Source: Candidatus Rokuibacteriota bacterium | GTDB taxonomy: Bacteria > Methylomirabilota > Methylomirabilia > Rokubacteriales > CSP1-6 | Reading direction: 5' to 3' | Length of the DNA stretch: 64,000 bases | Assembly (NCBI GenBank): GCA_016184305.1 | Contig: JACPCX010000176.1 | Location: 6,606 to 70,605 of the forward strand | Shown here: piece by piece, positions 59,067 through 64,000 of the stretch | How the letters are laid out: every line of letters begins with the position of its first letter | Position numbering within the stretch: position 1 is the first letter of the stretch | Notes under the pieces: model-generated | What the model was told of the DNA's origin: nothing | Seen by the model: only the letters and a program-made list of their open reading frames with translations | The model's database searches: none | Program-made: the position numbers and the translations under genes

Positions 59067-59210
59067 GTCTCATATCTCCTGTTCTGATCGTTGCGCAGGT
59101 CCCTTGTAGGACAGAGCGGCTGGGAAGGAGTCCACCTCCATCGCCCGCCATCTCCGCGACGCTCAAAGCACGTCGGTGCTGACTGTGAAGTAGAACCTGA
59201 GTCTGTTTCA

Positions 59211-59240
59211 CATATATCTCATGAGTGTGAGAATGTCAAT
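59211..59240 (-). promoter_or_regulatory. dnaK operon promoter candidate (TTGACA-17 nt-TATATG, minus strand) with an embedded inverted repeat / HAIR-like operator
   Basis: The reverse complement of 59234-59239 is TTGACA, and of 59211-59216 is TATATG. The spacer holds TCTCA-N6-TGAGA and the palindrome CTCATGAG. Plus-strand CATGAGT-N7-TGTCAAT (59220-59240) matches CTTGAGT-N7-ACTCAAG at 10/14. Confidence 0.5.
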
Positions 59241-59284
59241 AGGAAGCCAGGAGAATAAATAAGAGATTGAAAATGCAGTGAACT

Positions 59285-59314
59285 TTGACACATTCGTCGC
59301 ACCGCTGGTAAGGT
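59285..59314 (+). promoter_or_regulatory. Promoter candidate TTGACA-18 nt-TAAGGT for the 59313/59322 gene (near-leaderless)
   Basis: -35 at 59285-59290 and -10 at 59309-59314. ATG 59322 lies 8 nt after the -10. Confidence 0.35.
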
Positions 59315-59972
59315 GCCATCCATGAGGATCGGCTGCTTTGGCTGCCTCAGCCTTACCGTGATCATCCTGGTCCTCGTCGTTGCGGCGGCCGGCTTCGTGT
59401 TTCTTTCCGGAAACATGTCGGCGGCGCCGGAGGTTTCGCTGACCCGTTTCACGAGATCCGACGGGTTCTCGGCCCAGCAGAAGCTGTACGAGATCGTCCT
59501 GAGGCAGTCGGGGCGGTCCCACCGTCAGGACGCGGTGGTCCTCACCGAGCAGGAGGTCAATGCCTTTCTGGCGAACCACCTCGCAGAGGCGGCTGACCTC
59601 CCCTTCAATCCCCTCAGCGTCAAGTTCACCCGTGGCTTCATCGAGGTGAGGGGCCAGACGGCGCTCCGGAACCTCCTTCAGGGCGCCCCGTTCACCCAGC
59701 TCCTGCCCTACCTACCGGCCGAGAAACTCGAGCGGCCGGTGTGGGTGACGGTCAAGGGGCGGATCGTGCTCGAGCCGGGATCGGCCGGCACGACCAGGAG
59801 CTACGGAAAGGTGGACCTCGCCGAGTTCGCTCTCGGGAAGCAGCCGGTGGGAACATGGCTGCTGCCAGTCATGCTCGGGTCCACCGGGGGGAGGCTCCTG
59901 CGATGGCAGGTGCCTGCGGTCGTCCAGGGCATCGCCCTCGAGGACGGGCGAGCGGTCATCAGCACGCGCTGA
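59313..59972 (+). CDS. Hypothetical membrane-anchored protein (single N-terminal TM). ATG 59322 is the more likely start.
   Basis: MRIGCFGCLSLTVIILVLVVAAAGFVFL, then a ~185-aa soluble domain. No family recognised. Confidence 0.5.
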   Translation: MPSMRIGCFGCLSLTVIILVLVVAAAGFVFLSGNMSAAPEVSLTRFTRSDGFSAQQKLYEIVLRQSGRSHRQDAVVLTEQEVNAFLANHLAEAADLPFNPLSVKFTRGFIEVRGQTALRNLLQGAPFTQLLPYLPAEKLERPVWVTVKGRIVLEPGSAGTTRSYGKVDLAEFALGKQPVGTWLLPVMLGSTGGRLLRWQVPAVVQGIALEDGRAVISTR

Positions 59973-59990
59973 GGCCAGCTCGCCGGGGCC

Positions 59991-60425
59991 TCAAGCGGGT
60001 CGGCCACCCCTTCGTTTGGCCTGGACGAATCGCAGCTGCAAGTCGTACAGGATGTCCTCGAGGAGCCGGCTCTCCTCCTCGGTGCGATTGCCCTCGGTCT
60101 TGGTGCGGAGCAGCAGCAGGGTCTCGATGGCCTCATGCGCCTGCTCCAAGTCGAGTCGTGGCTGCCCGGTCATCGGGTCCGGGGCCGCTCCGAGACCGAT
60201 CAGCCCCGAGCTGGCGAACATGATGAACAGGCCGCTCAGATCACTCTCCCCGGCAGGCTGCCGAGCCTGGTCGGCGCCCGCGGGGCCAGTCGATGACGGG
60301 GCGGCGGCGCCGGGTGGTGAAGGGGGCGCTGGGGCCTGGGCTGGGGCCAGCACCGGGTTCTCCGTGAACTCGCGCTGCAGGCCCCGGCGGTCCGTGACCT
60401 TGAAGCTCTCTTCGTCGTCGGCCAT
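59991..60425 (-). CDS. DUF1844-domain protein
   Basis: The start was refined to ATG 60425 (MADDEESFKVTDRR...). C-terminus LFIMFASSGLIGLG...DLEQAHEAIETLLLLRTKTEGN.TEEE..LLEDILYDLQLRFV matches my recollection of the DUF1844 pattern. Confidence 0.6.
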   Translation of the reverse strand: MADDEESFKVTDRRGLQREFTENPVLAPAQAPAPPSPPGAAAPSSTGPAGADQARQPAGESDLSGLFIMFASSGLIGLGAAPDPMTGQPRLDLEQAHEAIETLLLLRTKTEGNRTEEESRLLEDILYDLQLRFVQAKRRGGRPA

Positions 60426-60547
60426 GCGATCGCTCTCCCGGGGTTGTGCCTGTGTGGGACGTTCCGGCGCCGCCAGCCGCGACCTCCCGAGGAGAGGGGC
60501 GCGCGTGGAGCACCGTCGGCCCGAAGCTACCATGTGCACCGAAGTCC

Positions 60548-60577
60548 TTACAAGGAACCGGCGCTGTTGTGTATAAT
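60548..60577 (+). promoter_or_regulatory. Promoter candidate TTACAA-18 nt-TATAAT upstream of mazG
   Basis: Perfect TATAAT at 60572-60577. SD AGGA lies 8 nt before ATG 60601. Confidence 0.45.
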
Positions 60578-60600
60578 GCCGCTCACCTCCAGGATCGTCC

Positions 60601-61425
60601 ATGGCTGACTCCGCCGGCGCCCTTTTCGATTCCCTGCTCTCCGTCATGGCTCGCCTCAGGGGCGAGGGCGGCTGCCCGTGGGACCGCGAGCAGACGCGAG
60701 AGTCCCTCAAACCCTTCCTGATCGAGGAGGCCTACGAGGCCCTGGAGGCCATCGACGAGGGCTCCACCGACCACATCATGGAGGAGCTCGGCGACGTGCT
60801 CTTTCAGGTGGTGTTCCACTGCCAGGTGGCGAGCGAGCAGGGCGAGTTCGCGATGGCCGACCTGCTCGGGCGGCTTCGTGACAAGATGGTCCGCCGGCAC
60901 CCGCACGTCTTCGGCGACGGCGCCGTGTCCAATGCCAAGGAGGCGCTCAGCCAGTGGGAGCGCATCAAGCGGGGGGAACGCGGGCCCGAGGGGGAGCCCC
61001 GCTCGGCCCTGGAGGGCGTCCCGCGCAGTCTCCCGGCGCTGCTCAGAGCCCAGCGGCTGCAGGTCAAGGCCGGACGGAGTGGCTTCGACTGGCCCGACTG
61101 GTCGGGCGCATGGGCCAAGGTGCGCGAGGAAGTGCTGGAGCTGGACCGCGCCGCCGCGCAGGGCAATGCCGGCCAGGTCCGCGAGGAGCTCGGCGACCTG
61201 CTCTTCTCCATCGTCAACGCGGCCCGGCTCCTCGACGTCGATGCCGAGGACTGCCTGAGACAGGCCGCCGAGAAGTTCACCCGTCGCTTCAGGGAGGTGG
61301 AGGCCGCGATGAGGGCCACGGGCCGCACGGTGGGCGAGGCGTCGCTACGGGAGCTCGACCAGGCCTGGGAGGGCGTGAAGTCCCGCGAGCCCGGACGCGA
61401 GACCGGTTCCGGGAGCGCGCCATGA
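60601..61425 (+). CDS. mazG: Nucleoside triphosphate pyrophosphohydrolase MazG (tandem MazG domains)
   Basis: CPWDREQT..SL..FLIEEAYE...EELGDVLFQVVFH, and second domain EELGDLLFSIVN. Confidence 0.85.
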   Translation: MADSAGALFDSLLSVMARLRGEGGCPWDREQTRESLKPFLIEEAYEALEAIDEGSTDHIMEELGDVLFQVVFHCQVASEQGEFAMADLLGRLRDKMVRRHPHVFGDGAVSNAKEALSQWERIKRGERGPEGEPRSALEGVPRSLPALLRAQRLQVKAGRSGFDWPDWSGAWAKVREEVLELDRAAAQGNAGQVREELGDLLFSIVNAARLLDVDAEDCLRQAAEKFTRRFREVEAAMRATGRTVGEASLRELDQAWEGVKSREPGRETGSGSAP

Positions 61426-61958
61426 AGGTCAAGCTCGGGTCCACCACCCTCTCCGTGGCCCGCGGCGACATCACCGAGGCCGAGGTCGACGCTCTCGTCA
61501 ATGCCGCCAACTCCCAGCTCTGGATGGGCGCCGGCGTCGCGGGAGCCATCAAGCGCAGGGGCGGCACGGTCATCGAGGAGGATGCGGTGAGACAGGGCCC
61601 CATCGAGGTGGGAGAGGCCGTGCTCACCGGGGCCGGCAACCTGGCGGCCACGCACGTCATCCATGCCGCCACCATGGGCAGCGATCTCAAGACGGACCCG
61701 GAAAAGATCGCCGCGGCAACCCGGTCGAGTCTCACGATCGCCGAGAAACATCGGCTGTCCTCCATCGCCTTCCCGGCCCTCGGCAGCGGGGTCGGTGGGG
61801 TCCCGCCCGACAAGTCGGCCGAGGCCATGGTGACCGCCATCGTGGAGCACCTCAAGGGGGGCAAGTCGACGCTTCAGAAGATCCTGTTCGTCGTGTACCA
61901 GGACGAGGCCCTCAAGGCTTTTACCGATGTGCTGAAAAAGGCCGGTGGAGTACAATAA
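61422..61958 (+). CDS. Macro-domain protein (ADP-ribose / O-acetyl-ADP-ribose hydrolase type)
   Basis: ATGA overlap with mazG. GDITEAEVDALVNAANS.L..GAGVAGAI...VIHA...SIAFPALGSGVGG. Confidence 0.85.
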   Translation: MKVKLGSTTLSVARGDITEAEVDALVNAANSQLWMGAGVAGAIKRRGGTVIEEDAVRQGPIEVGEAVLTGAGNLAATHVIHAATMGSDLKTDPEKIAAATRSSLTIAEKHRLSSIAFPALGSGVGGVPPDKSAEAMVTAIVEHLKGGKSTLQKILFVVYQDEALKAFTDVLKKAGGVQ

Positions 61959-61988
61959 CCGGACCGGACCCCTCGAGCGGGCCCGGAC

Positions 61989-63728
61989 GTGATGGCGGAA
62001 CCGAAACTCGGACAACCGGTTAGCCGGCGTCTCGGGGACCTCCTGGTTCGCGAAGGTCTCATCAACCAGGAGCAGCTCCAGCGTGCCCTCGTCGAGCAAA
62101 AGGGCAACAACGAGAAGCTCGGCTCGATCCTCATCCGCCACAGCGTCATCACCGAAGACCAGCTGGTCGCCTTCCTCTCGAAGCAGTACGGTATCCCCTC
62201 CATCACGCTCTCGCAGCTCGACATCGACGCCGACGTGCTCAAGCTCGTCCCGGCCCAGATCGCCAAGAAGTACGAGGTGCTCCCGATCAAGCGCACCGGC
62301 AATTCCCTGACGCTGGCCATGGCGGACCCGACCAACGTCTTCGCGGTGGACGACGTGGGGTTCATGACCAACCTCCAGGTCATCCCGGTCGTCGCCGCCC
62401 AGGGCGCCATCCGCAAGGCCCTCGACCGACTCTACGAGGCGCAGGGCTCGGGGATGGCCGAGGTCATCTCGGAGATGGAGGGGACAGCCGGCGACGTCGA
62501 GGTCGTCGAGGGCGACGAGGAATCGTGGGCGAAGGCCGACATCTTCGAGCTGAAGGAGTCGGCGGACGAGGCTCCGGTGGTGCGGCTGGTGAACATGATC
62601 CTGGTGGACGCCATCCGGCGGGGGGCGTCGGACATCCACCTCGAGCCGTACGAGAAGGTCTTCCGTGTCCGCTTCCGCGTGGACGGCGTGCTCCACGAGA
62701 TCATGACCCCGCCCAAGCGCCTGGAGACGGCGCTCACCTCCCGCGTCAAGATCATGTCGACCATGGACATCGCCGAGCGGCGGCTCCCCCAGGACGGACG
62801 CATCAAGCTGCGCTACAACCAGCGCGAGATCGACTTCCGCGTCTCCACGCTCCCCACGATCTTCGGCGAGAAGACCGTCCTGCGCATCCTGGACAAGGAG
62901 TCGCTCCAGCTGGACCTGACCATGCTCGGCTTCGACGCGTGGAGCCTCGAGCAGTTCAACAAGGCGATCCACCAGCCGTACGGGATGATCCTCATCACGG
63001 GGCCCACCGGCTCGGGCAAGACCACCACCCTCTACTCGGCCATCCACACGATCAACTCTCCCGACGTCAACATCATGACGGCCGAGGACCCGGTGGAGTA
63101 CAACCTCAAGGGCGTCAACCAGGTTCAGATCAACGAGGGGATCGGGCGGACGTTCGGCGCCGCGCTGCGCTCCTTCCTGCGCCAGGACCCCGACGTGATC
63201 CTCGTCGGCGAGACGCGCGACCTGGAGACGGCCCAGATCGGCATCCGCGCGGCCCTCACGGGTCACCTCGTTCTCAGCACGCTGCACACCAACGACTGCC
63301 CCGGCACCGTTGCCCGGCTCCTCGACATGGGGATTCCGCCCTTCCTCGTCTCCTCGGCGCTGACGCTGATCCTGGCTCAGCGCCTCGGGCGCAAGATCTG
63401 CAAGGACTGCAAGCAGCCGTACGAGGCGGACGAGGAGAGCCTGGTGCCCTACGGCCACGTGCCCCAGGGGCTCGGCAAGGTGCAGTTCTACAAGGGCAAG
63501 GGCTGTCACACGTGCAGCTTCACGGGCATGAAGGGGCGCGTGGCCGTCTACGAGGTCATGCCGATCGGCGACGAGCTCCGGGAGCTGATCCTGCGAAACG
63601 CGCCCACCGCGGAGATCCTCCAGCTGGCCCTGACGCAGGGCATGAAGACGCTCCGGCAGAACGCCCTGCAGAAGGTGATCGACGGGGTGACCACCCTGGA
63701 GGAAGTGCTCCGGGTGACGCTGGGATGA
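61989..63728 (+). CDS. pilB: Type IV pilus assembly ATPase PilB (GspE family)
   Basis: N-terminal T2SSE_N domain, Walker A GPTGSGKTTT, Asp box, tetracysteine CKDCKQ...CHTC. Confidence 0.9.
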   Translation: MMAEPKLGQPVSRRLGDLLVREGLINQEQLQRALVEQKGNNEKLGSILIRHSVITEDQLVAFLSKQYGIPSITLSQLDIDADVLKLVPAQIAKKYEVLPIKRTGNSLTLAMADPTNVFAVDDVGFMTNLQVIPVVAAQGAIRKALDRLYEAQGSGMAEVISEMEGTAGDVEVVEGDEESWAKADIFELKESADEAPVVRLVNMILVDAIRRGASDIHLEPYEKVFRVRFRVDGVLHEIMTPPKRLETALTSRVKIMSTMDIAERRLPQDGRIKLRYNQREIDFRVSTLPTIFGEKTVLRILDKESLQLDLTMLGFDAWSLEQFNKAIHQPYGMILITGPTGSGKTTTLYSAIHTINSPDVNIMTAEDPVEYNLKGVNQVQINEGIGRTFGAALRSFLRQDPDVILVGETRDLETAQIGIRAALTGHLVLSTLHTNDCPGTVARLLDMGIPPFLVSSALTLILAQRLGRKICKDCKQPYEADEESLVPYGHVPQGLGKVQFYKGKGCHTCSFTGMKGRVAVYEVMPIGDELRELILRNAPTAEILQLALTQGMKTLRQNALQKVIDGVTTLEEVLRVTLG

Positions 63729-63764
63729 TGCCGCCCGAGCCCACGCCGGACACGAGGTAACCCA

Positions 63765-64000
63765 ATGGCCGCGACAATGCACGATCTGCTCACCATCCTG
63801 ATCGAGCGGGGCGCGTCGGATCTGCATATCACGACCGGCACCTACCCGCAGATCCGCCTGCACGGCAAGCTCACCTCGCTCAACCAGTTCGAGGTGCTGA
63901 TGCCGCAGGACACCCAGCGGCTGGCCTACAGCGTCCTCAACGAGGGACAGAAGCAGAAGTTCGAGGAGGAGAACGAGCTGGATCTCTCCTTCGGAATCCA
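63765..64000 (+). CDS. pilT: Twitching-motility ATPase PilT, N-terminal part (runs off the window)
   Basis: ATG 63765. MAATMHDLLTILIERGASDLHITTGTYPQIRLHGKL... is a typical PilT N-terminus. Not in the ORF track because there is no stop in the window. Confidence 0.8.
   Translation, partial: MAATMHDLLTILIERGASDLHITTGTYPQIRLHGKLTSLNQFEVLMPQDTQRLAYSVLNEGQKQKFEEENELDLSFGI

Overview
This is a high-GC (about 65-70% by hand counts), gene-dense bacterial chromosome segment. The organism looks diderm, since lpxC and type IV pilus genes are present. A Rokubacteria/Methylomirabilota-like or delta/myxo-like origin is only a guess. Most of the window is conserved housekeeping synteny, largely on the + strand and often translationally coupled through ATGA/GTGA/TGATG overlaps. 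In order it contains:
- hemW'-hrcA-grpE-dnaJ-rsmE
- lpxC-DUF4390-ntrY-ntrX
- a CPA2 K+/H+ antiporter (-)
- a complete pyr cluster, pyrR-pyrB-pyrC-carA-[2 small ORFs]-carB-pyrF-pyrE-hpt
- an NMT1/SsuA-type ABC importer (-)
- yicC-gmk-rpoZ-coaBC-udg-priA-def-fmt-rsmB-rpe
- ffh-rpsP-rimM-trmD-rplS-rnhB-yraN
- a DapA-family gene
- a small accessory islet: RHH antitoxin, MazF toxin, and type I hsdM and hsdS with no hsdR
- DinB-family gene, class-III aminotransferase, and a Liv-type ABC system
- comM, isochorismatase and an unknown ORF
- SLT transglycosylase (-)
- dnaK-dnaJ2-hspR-lon operon (-)
- DUF1844 (-), mazG-macro, pilB and pilT'

I saw no rRNA, tRNA, CRISPR array, transposase or integrase.

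The least explained signal is non-coding. A family of GC-rich, hairpin-rich repeats sits exactly in the short spacers of conserved operons (pyrR/pyrB, def/fmt, fmt/rsmB, rpoZ/coaBC, rpsP/rimM, livM/comM). Several have a 66-nt period, and several supply or abut the start codon of the downstream gene. One copy forms a basic 49-codon sORF that overlaps the fmt stop and the rsmB start by ATGA on both sides.

Other items worth a second look:
- a Thermus-like leader-peptide attenuator ahead of pyrR
- a two-ORF cassette splitting carA from carB
- an R-less type I M+S pair behind a mazEF-like pair
- a PriA with a degenerate Walker A motif
- a DnaJ paralog with SPD in place of HPD
- a sigma-54-type promoter with an upstream inverted repeat ahead of lpxC

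All functional calls come from reading the supplied translations and recognising motifs. No database search was run.
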